From assembly GCA_041161415.1 (NCBI GenBank), contig JBEAUN010000327.1, positions 1 to 24,439 of the forward strand: DNA of 24,439 nucleotides, written 5' to 3'. The stretch is from Pseudomonadota bacterium (lineage in GTDB: Bacteria; Pseudomonadota; Gammaproteobacteria; Burkholderiales; Rhodocyclaceae). The notes beneath the pieces were generated by a model. The model ran no database searches. It worked only from the letters and a program-made list of their open reading frames with translations, and was not told where the DNA came from. Positions 15,626-24,439 of the stretch are shown one piece after another. Within the stretch, counting starts at the first letter, position 1; each line of letters begins with the position of its first letter. The position numbers and the translations under genes are program-made.

Positions 15626-16680
15626 ATTCAAAACTGCGCAGCATGATCGGCATGACACTGGTGGCCATCGCGCTCGCGGTGCTGCCTTTTGTGGTGGGCA
15701 GCGGCTTGAGCAACACTTGGGTGCGGGTGATCGATTTCGCCTTGCTGTATGTGATGCTGGCGCTCGGCCTTAATATCGTGGTGGGTATGGCGGGCTTACT
15801 CGATCTGGGATACATCGCGTTTTATGCCGTGGGCGCCTATCTCTACGCGCTCTTGGCTTCGCCGCATTTCGGGCTGCATTGGCCGGTGTGGGTGATTCTG
15901 CCGCTGGGCGCGCTGGTGGCGGCGCTCTTCGGCGTGCTGCTGGGCGCGCCGACGCTTAAGCTGCGCGGCGATTACCTGGCGATCGTCACCTTAGGCTTTG
16001 GCGAGATCGTGCGCATTTTCATGAATAACCTCAATGCGCCGGTGAATATCACCAACGGCCCGCAAGGTATCGCCGGCATCGACCCGCTGGCCATCGGCCC
16101 CCTCTCGCTCGGCAAGCCGATCACGCTGATGGGGTTTTCCATTCCGTCGGTGCATCTTTTTTATTACGTTTTTTTGCTGCTGACGATCGCCATTATTTTC
16201 ATCTCAATGCGCCTGGAAAACTCGCGCATCGGCCGCGCCTGGGTGGCGATTCGCGAAGATGAAATCGCCGCCCGCGCCTGCGGCATCAACACCCGCAATG
16301 TGAAGCTGCTCGCCTTTGCCATGGGCGCGAGTTTCGGCGGCGTGGCGGGCGGGCTCTTTGCCAGCTTTCAGCAATTCGTGAGCCCGGAGAGTTTCGGTTT
16401 GCTCGAATCGGTGATGGTGTTGTGCATGGTGGTGCTCGGCGGCATGGGCCATATCCCTGGTGTGGTGCTGGGCGCTGTGTTGCTGGCGATCTTGCCCGAA
16501 GTGCTGCGCCATGTGGCCGCGCCTGCCCAGCATGCGCTATTCGGCAAAATCCTCATCGACCCCGAATCCTTACGCATGCTGCTGTTTGGCTTGGCGCTGG
16601 TGCTGGTGATGCTCTATCGCCCGGCCGGGCTGTGGCCCTCAGGCCGGCGCAAGCGTGAATTCGACGAGGCGGCAGGATGA
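15622..16680 (+). CDS. livM: Branched-chain amino acid ABC transporter permease
   Basis: ATG 15622 overlaps the livH stop (ATGA). LGLNIVVGMAGLLDLGYIAFYAVGAY, LKLRGDYLAIVTLGFGEI, SRIGRAWVAIREDEIAA. Confidence 0.96.
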   Translation: MNSKLRSMIGMTLVAIALAVLPFVVGSGLSNTWVRVIDFALLYVMLALGLNIVVGMAGLLDLGYIAFYAVGAYLYALLASPHFGLHWPVWVILPLGALVAALFGVLLGAPTLKLRGDYLAIVTLGFGEIVRIFMNNLNAPVNITNGPQGIAGIDPLAIGPLSLGKPITLMGFSIPSVHLFYYVFLLLTIAIIFISMRLENSRIGRAWVAIREDEIAARACGINTRNVKLLAFAMGASFGGVAGGLFASFQQFVSPESFGLLESVMVLCMVVLGGMGHIPGVVLGAVLLAILPEVLRHVAAPAQHALFGKILIDPESLRMLLFGLALVLVMLYRPAGLWPSGRRKREFDEAAG

Positions 16681-17450
16681 GTGAGCCGCTGCTCGATGCC
16701 CGCGATATTGCCAAGCGCTTTGGCGGCGTGCAGGCCTTGAAGGGCGTGTCGCTTGCCATTCAAAAAGGTGAAATCTGTGGCCTCATCGGCCCCAATGGCG
16801 CCGGCAAGACGACCTTCTTTAATGTGCTCACCGGGCTTTACAGCGCAGATGCTGGCGAAGTGCGCTTTGCCGGCCAGCCGCTTGATTTGGGGCAGCCGCA
16901 CCATGTCAGCCGCGCGGGCATCGCGCGCACGTTCCAAAATATCCGGCTCTTCGCCAACATGAGCGCGCTGGAAAACGTGATGGTCGGCCGCCATGTGCGC
17001 ACCCGCACCGGGGTGTGGGGCGCCGTGTTTCGCACCCGCGCCGCCCGAAACGAAGAAGCCTCCATCGCCCGCCGCGCCCGGCAGTTGCTCGGCTATGTCG
17101 GCATCGATGAGCGCGCCGATGAGCTTGCCAAAAATTTATCCTACGGCGACCAGCGGCGGCTTGAAATCGCTCGCGCACTCGCCACCGAGCCCACACTGCT
17201 CGCGCTGGACGAGCCCGCCGCCGGCATGAATGCCACCGAAACCGCGGGGCTACGCACCCTCATCGAAAAGCTGCGCGCCGATGGGCTCACTGTGCTGTTG
17301 ATCGAGCATGATGTGAAGCTCGTGATGGGGCTGTGCGATCGCGTGGCAGTGCTCGATTACGGCGAAAAAATCGCCGAAGGCGTGCCAGCAGCAGTGCAGC
17401 AAGACCCGCGTGTGATCGAAGCGTATCTGGGAGTAGGCGTCGATGGCTGA
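16677..17450 (+). CDS. livG: Branched-chain amino acid ABC transporter ATP-binding protein
   Basis: 257 aa. Walker A GPNGAGKT, LSYGDQRRLEIARALA, LDEPAAG, EHD switch. Confidence 0.96.
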   Translation: MSEPLLDARDIAKRFGGVQALKGVSLAIQKGEICGLIGPNGAGKTTFFNVLTGLYSADAGEVRFAGQPLDLGQPHHVSRAGIARTFQNIRLFANMSALENVMVGRHVRTRTGVWGAVFRTRAARNEEASIARRARQLLGYVGIDERADELAKNLSYGDQRRLEIARALATEPTLLALDEPAAGMNATETAGLRTLIEKLRADGLTVLLIEHDVKLVMGLCDRVAVLDYGEKIAEGVPAAVQQDPRVIEAYLGVGVDG

Positions 17451-18159
17451 AGCGAACACCTTGCTCGAGGTGCGCGATCTCAATGTGCATTACGGCGGCA
17501 TTCACGCCGTGAAGCAGGTGAGCTTCACCATCCAAAAAGGCGAGATGGTGTGCTTGATCGGCGCCAATGGCGCGGGCAAAACCAGCACCTTGAAAGCCCT
17601 CGCCCGCATGCTGCCTGCCCGCGGCGAGATTCACTATGCCGGCAAAAATATCGCCGCCGCCCCGCCCCACACACTGATCACCCAGGGCCTCGCCCTGGTG
17701 CCCGAGGGCCGCGGCGTCTTCGCCCGCATGAGCATCGAAGAAAACCTCCTCATGGGGGCCCATGTGCGCCATGACAAAAGCATCGCAGGTGACCTCGATC
17801 GCATTTACACCCAGCTGCCGCGCTTAAAAGAACGCCGCCACCAACTCGCCGGCACCCTCTCGGGTGGCGAGCAGCAAATGCTGGCAATCGGCCGCGCACT
17901 CATGAGCCGGCCCACGCTGCTGCTCCTCGACGAACCCTCAATGGGGCTTGCGCCCATCATGGTGGCCAAGGTGTTCGAGCTGATCCGCGACATCGCATCG
18001 CAAGGCGTCACGATTCTGCTCGTCGAACAAAACGCACGACTGGCACTCTCGGTGTGCGCGCGAGGCTATGTGATGGAATCCGGGCAGATCGCACTGCAAG
18101 ACACCGCGTCGGCGCTGCTGGCGGATGCGGGGGTGCAGCGGGCGTATTTGGGCGGGTAG
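17443..18159 (+). CDS. livF: Branched-chain amino acid ABC transporter ATP-binding protein
   Basis: 238 aa. [46 protein letters not shown]. Confidence 0.96.
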   Translation: MAEANTLLEVRDLNVHYGGIHAVKQVSFTIQKGEMVCLIGANGAGKTSTLKALARMLPARGEIHYAGKNIAAAPPHTLITQGLALVPEGRGVFARMSIEENLLMGAHVRHDKSIAGDLDRIYTQLPRLKERRHQLAGTLSGGEQQMLAIGRALMSRPTLLLLDEPSMGLAPIMVAKVFELIRDIASQGVTILLVEQNARLALSVCARGYVMESGQIALQDTASALLADAGVQRAYLGG

Positions 18160-18189
18160 GTCAGAGCAAGCAAGGTCGATTTACACGAG

Positions 18190-18208
18190 GCAGGATGCAC
18201 CTGCTTTT
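18190..18208 (+). terminator. Possible weak terminator after livF
   Basis: GCAGG-ATGCA-CCTGC followed by TTTT. The stem is short. Confidence 0.3.
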
Positions 18209-18380
18209 ATGCCTACACGGCTAGGGAGCGCTCAGACCTTACAATCAAGAAGCTGTGTATGCTCGGCTTGAACACAACGACTGAATTTTAAAGAATTGCC
18301 GAAACAATTTTTCTGCTGTGATTGCAGCCTCAACTCCTGGACGGATTTTCCCTCTGTATCGCTTCACATCAATTCGACCC

Positions 18381-20645
18381 ATGGAATCCGTACTCGCGCA
18401 TGTTGGCCCAGATGGGGAGCACCTTCTTGTTGAGCACCTTCAGAAGGTGGGACAGATTAGTGCAAGCCTGGCGTCAAAATTTAACTCCGGGGGATGGGGT
18501 GAGCTTGCGGGGGTTTGGCACGATCTTGGCAAGTTTCGTCCGGGATTCCAGCGTTACATTCGCGAATCTCGCGACAACAACGCACACATCGAGGGCCGGG
18601 TGGCGGGGCGAGACAAGACTCATTCAGCAGCTGGAGCACTATGGGCCATTCAATCACTCGAAAAAAAATTCGGCGCTAAAGGAGCATTGGCAGGGAGGGT
18701 GTTTGCCTACCTAATTGCGAGCCATCATGCTGGACTTTACGACTGGGATGGCGGTCTTGCACCGCGACTGGCCGGAGACGACAGCAAGACAGAGCTCGCC
18801 GAGGCATTGGCCGCCAATCCACCTGAGGAGGTTCTTGCGCTGGGTGAATTCAATCCGAGTCTTTCCGGCATTCCGGGCGGTGCGGCAGGCTTCGCGCTTT
18901 GGGTGCGCATGTTGTTTTCCTGCTTGGTCGATGCGGATTTTCTTGATACCGAGGCTTTTTTTGATGTCGATAAATCTGCGACAAGGGCCTGCTTCCCATC
19001 GATCGCAGAAATGCGGCTCGCATGCGAAGACCATCTCGCTGACTTGGTGGCCCGGGCTGTTCCAACCAAGGTCAATGCCCTGCGGGCCGAGATTCTTCAG
19101 GCCTGTGAGACCGCCGCGGAAATGTCGCCCGGTTTTTTTAGTTTGACCGTCCCTACGGGCGGCGGAAAAACTCTCTCCAGCCTCGCTTTTGCTTTGCATC
19201 ACGCGGATCTCCATGCAAAGCGGCGAGTTATCTACGCGATTCCCTACACCAGCATCATCGAGCAAACCGCCGACGTGTTCCGTGAGGTGTTCAAAGGGTT
19301 AGGGAGTGAGGTTGTTGTTGAGCACCACAGTCAGGCAGAAAGCGAGGAGCGGGAAGAGACCGCTGCAGCAAGACTTGCCTGCGAAAATTGGGATGCGCCG
19401 CTTGTCGTCACAACCAATGTTCAGTTATTCGAATCCCTGTTTGCTGCCAGGACTTCCCGCTGTCGCAAGCTCCACAATCTTGTCGATAGCGTGATCGTGC
19501 TGGATGAAGCGCAACAACTGCCTGCGCAATTCCTGCAGCCAGTGCTAGATGCACTCAACTTGCTCGTCAAACACTATCGGGTCAGCGTGGTGCTTTGCAC
19601 TGCGACTCAGCCGGCACTTTCGACGGTGGAGTATTTTGATGCCACCCGGAATCTTCGCGGACTGGACAATGTGCGCGAGATCGTACCCGACGCGGTGATG
19701 CTCCACACCCAACTTAAGCGGGTGCAAGTGAGTTTGCCCGCAAGCTGGCAGACGCGTACATCATGGGAAGAGGTCGCAGATCAACTCAGCCGCGAGCCCT
19801 GTGTACTTGCGATTGTGTCCTCGCGACGCATTGCGCGTGAGCTGCATCAAATGATGCCAGCCGGAACATTGCATCTCTCGGCCCAGATGTGCGGCGCACA
19901 TCGTGCTGATGTGATTCGTTCTATCAAGGCAAGGCTGAAGGCGCGGGCCGAGGGTTTGGATGTCGAACCGCTCAGAGTCGTCAGCACGCAACTTGTGGAG
20001 GCCGGCGTCGATATTGATTTCCCCGTGGTGTGGCGTGCGCTCGCTGGATTGGATTCGATCGCCCAGGCGGCCGGTCGCTGTAATCGCGAGGGTCGACTGC
20101 CACACGGTGGCCGTCTGGTGGTTTTTGTGCCGCCCGAAGCCCCCCCTCCAGGATGGCTACGAAAAGCTGCGGATGCCTGCGTCAGTACGCTTCATGGTGC
20201 AAGCGAGGATCCACTGTCGCCACATTTGTTCGAGCGCTACTTTCGCAAGCTCTATTACAACACTGACCTTGATGCTCACCAGATCTGCGCCAAACTCGCG
20301 GTCGATACTGCAACTCTTGGCGTTGAATTTCGGTCGGCTGCCGAGGCGTTCAAGTTGATAGAGGATGAAGATCGGGCGACGGTCGTGGTACGGTACGGCC
20401 AAAGTCAGGGCATCGACATGTTGATCGCTACCCTGCTGCGGGATGGGCCTCAGCGATGGCTGATGCGCAAGCTCCAGCGATACATGATCGACATTCCTCG
20501 TAGAACTGCCGACGCCCTTGTAGGCCGCGGGCTCGTGCTTGCCTCTCCGGGACTTTACATTCAGCAAGCAGAGTCCCTCTACCGGGATAATGTTGGCTTT
20601 GTAACGGATGAGGCGCCGTTCAATCCTGCGGCGAATGTTTTTTGA
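18381..20645 (+). CDS. cas3: CRISPR-associated HD nuclease-helicase Cas3 (type I-C)
   Basis: Likely ATG at 18381 (MESVLAHV); the ORF track starts at 18318. HD domain (EHL...WHDLGK...HH...DADFLD) and SF2 helicase motifs (PTGGGKT, DEAQ, STQLVEAGVDIDF, QAAGRCNREG). Confidence 0.96.
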   Translation: MESVLAHVGPDGEHLLVEHLQKVGQISASLASKFNSGGWGELAGVWHDLGKFRPGFQRYIRESRDNNAHIEGRVAGRDKTHSAAGALWAIQSLEKKFGAKGALAGRVFAYLIASHHAGLYDWDGGLAPRLAGDDSKTELAEALAANPPEEVLALGEFNPSLSGIPGGAAGFALWVRMLFSCLVDADFLDTEAFFDVDKSATRACFPSIAEMRLACEDHLADLVARAVPTKVNALRAEILQACETAAEMSPGFFSLTVPTGGGKTLSSLAFALHHADLHAKRRVIYAIPYTSIIEQTADVFREVFKGLGSEVVVEHHSQAESEEREETAAARLACENWDAPLVVTTNVQLFESLFAARTSRCRKLHNLVDSVIVLDEAQQLPAQFLQPVLDALNLLVKHYRVSVVLCTATQPALSTVEYFDATRNLRGLDNVREIVPDAVMLHTQLKRVQVSLPASWQTRTSWEEVADQLSREPCVLAIVSSRRIARELHQMMPAGTLHLSAQMCGAHRADVIRSIKARLKARAEGLDVEPLRVVSTQLVEAGVDIDFPVVWRALAGLDSIAQAAGRCNREGRLPHGGRLVVFVPPEAPPPGWLRKAADACVSTLHGASEDPLSPHLFERYFRKLYYNTDLDAHQICAKLAVDTATLGVEFRSAAEAFKLIEDEDRATVVVRYGQSQGIDMLIATLLRDGPQRWLMRKLQRYMIDIPRRTADALVGRGLVLASPGLYIQQAESLYRDNVGFVTDEAPFNPAANVF

Positions 20646-20659
20646 AAGCTCCTGAAGCC

Positions 20660-21316
20660 ATGCTCGATTTTTGTCTTGAAGTAAGTGGCCCCTTCGCGTG
20701 TTTTACCCGACCTGAAATGAAGGTCGAACGGGTGTCTTATGAGGTCATCACGCCGTCGGCTGCGCGATCCGTATTCGAAGCTATTTTGTGGAAGAACGCG
20801 ATTCGTTGGCGCATTCATCGAATCGAAGTATTGAAGCCGGTGCGTTGGATGAACCTTCGGCGAAATGAGCTCGGGTCGGTTATTTCCGTTCGCAATGTGC
20901 AGCAGGCGATGGCGGGAGGTGGTGATTCGCTGGGGCTTTTTATCGAGGATGACAGACAGCAGCGTGCCGGTCTTTTTTTGCGCGATGTGGCCTATCGGCT
21001 CCATGCGAGGATGGATTTAGTGGCCGAAGAAGCGCAGTCCAACCCGGCCAAATACGTTGAAATGTTTTCCAGGCGCGCTCGCAAGGGACAGTGCGTTAAT
21101 CAGCCTTACCTCGGTTGTCGTGAATTCGCTGCGCAGTTCAGGTTGGTTGAAAATCAAGCCGGGGAGCGACAGCCGATTCAGGAAACCCGTTCCTTGGGAT
21201 GGATGCTGCATGACTTTGATTTCACCAACCCAGCGGGTCCTGTACCGCGATTCTTCAACGCCCAGATGGTGTCGGGTACGGTAGAGATCCCGCCCATATC
21301 GGAGTTGCGCGCATGA
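20660..21316 (+). CDS. cas5c: Type I-C Cas5 (Cas5d, pre-crRNA processing)
   Basis: LEVSGPFACFTRPEMKVERVSYEVITPSAAR, NLRRNE, PYLGCREF. Start is ATG 20660 or TTG 20642, the latter overlapping the cas3 stop. Confidence 0.96.
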   Translation: MLDFCLEVSGPFACFTRPEMKVERVSYEVITPSAARSVFEAILWKNAIRWRIHRIEVLKPVRWMNLRRNELGSVISVRNVQQAMAGGGDSLGLFIEDDRQQRAGLFLRDVAYRLHARMDLVAEEAQSNPAKYVEMFSRRARKGQCVNQPYLGCREFAAQFRLVENQAGERQPIQETRSLGWMLHDFDFTNPAGPVPRFFNAQMVSGTVEIPPISELRA

Positions 21317-23067
21317 TTCTGCAAGCGCTCGAAGCCTATTATCAGCGCAAGTGCGCCGACCCGGATCCCGCGCAGCATCTCCCAGCGTTCGGCCTGGAAC
21401 GCAAGGAGATTCCCTACATTTTGGAGATCAACCAAGCAGGCTGTCTCGTGCGGATCCGCGACACCCAGGAGGCTGTGGGTAAGAAAAAAATTGCTCAGTC
21501 TTTTCTGGTTCCGCAGGGTGCGAAGAAAGCATCTGGCGTGAGTGCCAATTTGCTGTGGGACACAGTCGAGTATGTATTGGGTATTGATACGAGGGGCAAG
21601 CCCGAGCGCGTGGTCGAGCAGCATACTGCATTCATCGCACGGATAAATGCATTGCCTGATGGCGCGCGCAATGACATCGGCGTTCAAGCGGTGCTCAGTT
21701 TTCTGGCGAATGACCCAAAGGCTCAGTGCGCCGTCGAAGCGGTATGGCTGGACATGGTCGAAAACAATCCGGTTGTCAGCTTCGCCCTGAGCGACGACGC
21801 CGGGCTCGTTTGCCAGCGGCCGGCCGTCATTTCCGCGTTCGCGGGCTTGGCTGAAGAAGCCGAACAAAGCAGCGGTATGTGTCTTGTGACCGGTCGCGAG
21901 GCGCCCATCGAACGGCTCCACGCCGCAATCAAGAACGTTTGGGGTGCGCAAACCTCAGGGGCGAATATCGTTTCATTCAACAAACGGGCTTTCGAGTCCT
22001 ACGGAAAAACGGAGCGACAGGGAGAGAATGCCCCGGTGAGCAAGGCCGCATCATTTGCTTACACTACGGCGCTCAATCACCTGCTACATAAAAACTCCCC
22101 CCAGCGGCTTCAGGTCGGTGATGCATCGACCGTTTTTTGGGCAGACAGCCCCAGCGAGCTTGAGACTTCGCTGGTGGATATTTTCGGCGAACCTACCAAG
22201 GATGACCCTGACCGGAATGTACGCGCCGTGAAGGCTCTGTATCAGTCGGTGCATCTCGGCCAAATGCCTGTCAGTGAAGGAAACAACCGCTTCCACGTTT
22301 TAGGGCTTGCACCGAATGCGGCTCGCATCAGTATCCGTTTTTATCATTGCTTGCCGCTTGTGGAGTTAGGTGAAAGAGTCCTTGCGCATTTCGAAGACAT
22401 TAACGTTATCCGCGGGAAAAATGATCCGGAATATCCATCCATATTTCGGCTGCTGACGTCAGTGGCGGTACAGGGCAAGGCGGACAATATCCCACCCAAT
22501 CTTGGTGGTGGCGTGATGGACGCCATTCTGGCTGGGCCGGGCGCCACCTATCCAAGCCTTTGGTTGAATGCCGCGGTGAATCGTTGTCGCTCCGAGCATG
22601 TGGTGCCCTACCTGCGTGCAGCCATCATCAAGGCCTGTCTAAACCGCCAGATTCGACGTCATCCTGACCATCACGAAAAGGAGTTTCAACCCATGCTCGA
22701 CCTTGCCAATGCCAACGTGGCGTACCGGCTGGGCCGGCTATTTGCCGCGCTTGAAAAAATTCAGGAAGAAGCGAGCCCCGGGCTCAATGCCACTATTCGA
22801 GATCGTTATTACGGCGCGGCATCCAGCACGCCGGTGGCAGTGTTCACCACTTTGCTTCGTCTAAAAAATGCCCATTTGAAAAAGCTGCCGACTGGACGAG
22901 CGGTCTGGTTCGAAAAGATGCTGGGCGATGTGCTTGATGAGGTGTGCGACTTTCCTGCGCATCTCCCGCTTGCGGATCAGGGGCGCTTCGCCTTGGGGTA
23001 TTACCACCAGCGACAAGCCTTTTTCCAAAAAAACCAAACAACAGAAAAAACCTCGGAAGGAAATTGA
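21313..23067 (+). CDS. cas8c: Type I-C large subunit Cas8c (Csd1)
   Basis: 584 aa. [12 protein letters not shown] start, [59 protein letters not shown]. Confidence 0.96.
   Translation: MILQALEAYYQRKCADPDPAQHLPAFGLERKEIPYILEINQAGCLVRIRDTQEAVGKKKIAQSFLVPQGAKKASGVSANLLWDTVEYVLGIDTRGKPERVVEQHTAFIARINALPDGARNDIGVQAVLSFLANDPKAQCAVEAVWLDMVENNPVVSFALSDDAGLVCQRPAVISAFAGLAEEAEQSSGMCLVTGREAPIERLHAAIKNVWGAQTSGANIVSFNKRAFESYGKTERQGENAPVSKAASFAYTTALNHLLHKNSPQRLQVGDASTVFWADSPSELETSLVDIFGEPTKDDPDRNVRAVKALYQSVHLGQMPVSEGNNRFHVLGLAPNAARISIRFYHCLPLVELGERVLAHFEDINVIRGKNDPEYPSIFRLLTSVAVQGKADNIPPNLGGGVMDAILAGPGATYPSLWLNAAVNRCRSEHVVPYLRAAIIKACLNRQIRRHPDHHEKEFQPMLDLANANVAYRLGRLFAALEKIQEEASPGLNATIRDRYYGAASSTPVAVFTTLLRLKNAHLKKLPTGRAVWFEKMLGDVLDEVCDFPAHLPLADQGRFALGYYHQRQAFFQKNQTTEKTSEGN
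22693..23067 (+). CDS. cas11: Cas11 small subunit translated from an internal in-frame start in cas8c (124 aa)
   Basis: AAGGAG (22678-22683) lies 9 nt before an in-frame ATG (22693; [18 protein letters not shown]...). Internal Cas11 translation from the cas8c C-terminus is established for type I-C. Confidence 0.8.
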   Translation: MLDLANANVAYRLGRLFAALEKIQEEASPGLNATIRDRYYGAASSTPVAVFTTLLRLKNAHLKKLPTGRAVWFEKMLGDVLDEVCDFPAHLPLADQGRFALGYYHQRQAFFQKNQTTEKTSEGN

Positions 23068-23957
23068 TGATGGCGCTCAACAATCGCTACGACTTCGTGC
23101 TGGTGTTCGATGTCCGTGACGGAAACCCGAATGGCGATCCGGATGCTGGTAATTTGCCGCGACAGGACGCGGAGTCGGGGCACGGACTTGTCACGGATGT
23201 ATCACTGAAACGGAAAGTCCGGAATTTCGTGGGTTTGGTCAAAGGGGAGGTGCCACCCTTCGAAATTTACGTGAAGGAAAAATCGGTTCTGAACACATCC
23301 CACGAGCGCGCATATGTCGCAGTGGGTGCAGAGGATGAGCTAAAAGGCGAAGGTAAAAAGCGTAAAGGCGGTGGCGATACAGTTGAACAAGCGCGCAAGT
23401 GGATGTGTGCGAATTTCTACGATGTACGAACCTTTGGGGCCGTCATGTCGCTGGGCGTTAATTGCGGCCAGGTTCGGGGGCCGGTGCAGCTCACCTTCGC
23501 TCGTTCGGTCGCGCCCATCGTCGCACTTGAACACACCATCACCCGAATGGCTGTTGCCACTGAGGCAGAAGCCGAGAAACAGGCCGGTGACAACCGAACT
23601 ATGGGGAGGAAGCACACGGTTCCCTATGGCGTGTATGTCGCTCATGGTTTCGTATCAGCCTTCCTCGCAAAGCAAACCGGCTTTGGGGAGGAAGATCTTG
23701 AGTTGCTGTGGCAGTCCCTGGAGCAGATGTTCGAACATGACCGGTCGGCCGCGCGAGGTGAAATGGCTACGCGCGGTCTTTATGTCTTCAAGCATGAATC
23801 GGAATTAGGAAATGCACACGCGCATGAGCTTTTTGAACGCGTTGAGATTCAGCCGCGAGAAGGGGTAGCCGTGCCGCGCAGTTTCATAGATTACAGTGTG
23901 AACGTTCGGGAGGAAGGTCTGCCCCAGGGTGTATCCCTGATTCGACGGGTGGGGTGA
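23067..23957 (+). CDS. cas7c: Type I-C backbone subunit Cas7 (Csd2)
   Basis: Start at ATG 23067 or 23070 with GGAAGG upstream. [71 protein letters not shown]. Confidence 0.97.
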   Translation: MMALNNRYDFVLVFDVRDGNPNGDPDAGNLPRQDAESGHGLVTDVSLKRKVRNFVGLVKGEVPPFEIYVKEKSVLNTSHERAYVAVGAEDELKGEGKKRKGGGDTVEQARKWMCANFYDVRTFGAVMSLGVNCGQVRGPVQLTFARSVAPIVALEHTITRMAVATEAEAEKQAGDNRTMGRKHTVPYGVYVAHGFVSAFLAKQTGFGEEDLELLWQSLEQMFEHDRSAARGEMATRGLYVFKHESELGNAHAHELFERVEIQPREGVAVPRSFIDYSVNVREEGLPQGVSLIRRVG

Positions 23958-23960
23958 GGT

Positions 23961-24269
23961 CTATCTTCCCCGCCAAAACCCCGGCCTGCGTCGATGATGC
24001 GCGATGGCAACCACCTCGATTTCATCCTCGCGGGCCCGGTAAATCACCGAGAACGGAAAGCGCCTCACATTCAGCAAACGCAAGTTTTTTCCCGGCTTGG
24101 AGATGGGGCGACCGACTGCCGGGTTGTCCTGTATTAGCGCGAGCGACTCTTCAAATTTATTGAGGAAAGCCTCGGCGATGAGCGTGCCCGCCACATTGCG
24201 ATAGTGATCGGCCGAGCGCCTCAGTTCGTTCTCGGCGGCTTGAAGCAGTGTTAATTTCGGCCCGCTCAT
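23961..24269 (-). CDS. Type II toxin, RelE/ParE family (102 aa)
   Basis: ATG 24269 overlaps the upstream stop (ATGA). AAENELRRSADHY...GRP...LRLLNVRRFPFSVIYRA...IEVVAIAHHRRRPGFW matches the ParE-like pattern. Confidence 0.88.
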   Translation of the reverse strand: MSGPKLTLLQAAENELRRSADHYRNVAGTLIAEAFLNKFEESLALIQDNPAVGRPISKPGKNLRLLNVRRFPFSVIYRAREDEIEVVAIAHHRRRPGFWRGR

Positions 24270-24439
24270 TTGCGCAAGCCGGCGCGAATGTCTTTCAGCA
24301 CTGATTCGAGCGCAACAGTCTGCGCTTCGCCGCGATCGAGCGCGTCCAGCCGTGCTTCGGCCACTGCGATCCATTCATTCAGGATCTCGTCTTCTTCATC
24401 CAGGCTGGCCAGCAGCCGCTCGGCCAGCCTGGATGAAGA
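24266..24439 (-). CDS. Addiction-module antitoxin, 5'-truncated by the window end
   Basis: Not in the ORF track. Manual translation gives ...RLAERLLASLDEEDEILNEWIAVAEARLDALDRGEAQTVALESVLKDIRAGLRK*, matching the 'L..SLD...W..EA..R.....G' addiction-module component pattern. Coupled to the toxin. Confidence 0.82.
   Translation of the reverse strand, partial: SSSRLAERLLASLDEEDEILNEWIAVAEARLDALDRGEAQTVALESVLKDIRAGLRK
24393..24439. repeat. Perfect 18-bp inverted repeat reaching the last base (possible fold-back artefact)
   Basis: TCTTCATCCAGGCTGGCC (24393-24410) and GGCCAGCCTGGATGAAGA (24422-24439), 11-nt loop. Confidence 0.9.

Noticed and set aside
23961-24374. 137-aa version of the toxin from the ORF track
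   Set aside because: The extra 35 codons overlap the antitoxin in another frame; ATG 24269 with an ATGA overlap gives a normal 102-aa toxin.
1-24439. CRISPR array
   Set aside because: No regularly spaced ~30-37-nt repeats seen on reading the intergenic regions.

Overview
GC-rich bacterial window with three blocks; the liv and chrA genes look betaproteobacterial (inference). (1) <1-9331 is a defence-type genomic island. It holds a complete type I restriction-modification operon (hsdM-hsdS-[GIY-YIG/DUF4357-like]-hsdR) and a tightly coupled pair of unannotated genes (367 aa + 131 aa). The small gene has an R/S/H pattern suggesting a Tse2-like ADP-ribosyltransferase fold. The island ends at a 20-nt tRNA 3'-end fragment (att-like), followed by a perfect 17-bp terminator and short repeats that resemble integrase arm sites. 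The first 270 bp of the window are a ~95% identical copy of the region just right of that att site, with 492 bp deleted between 11-bp direct repeats. This suggests two related elements in tandem. A RhuM-Fic/Doc pseudogene lies at 9503-10497. (2) 10847-18159 looks like core chromosome: a possibly frameshifted hypothetical gene, chrA, and livKHMGF with a REP-like hairpin. (3) 18381-24439 is a type I-C CRISPR-Cas interference module (cas3-cas5-cas8c with an internal cas11 start-cas7). No cas4/cas1/cas2 or array is visible; cas7 instead abuts a convergent RelE/ParE-family toxin-antitoxin pair. The best candidate for an undescribed system is the gene pair at 7640-9140. All family assignments come from motif recognition only; no searches were run.
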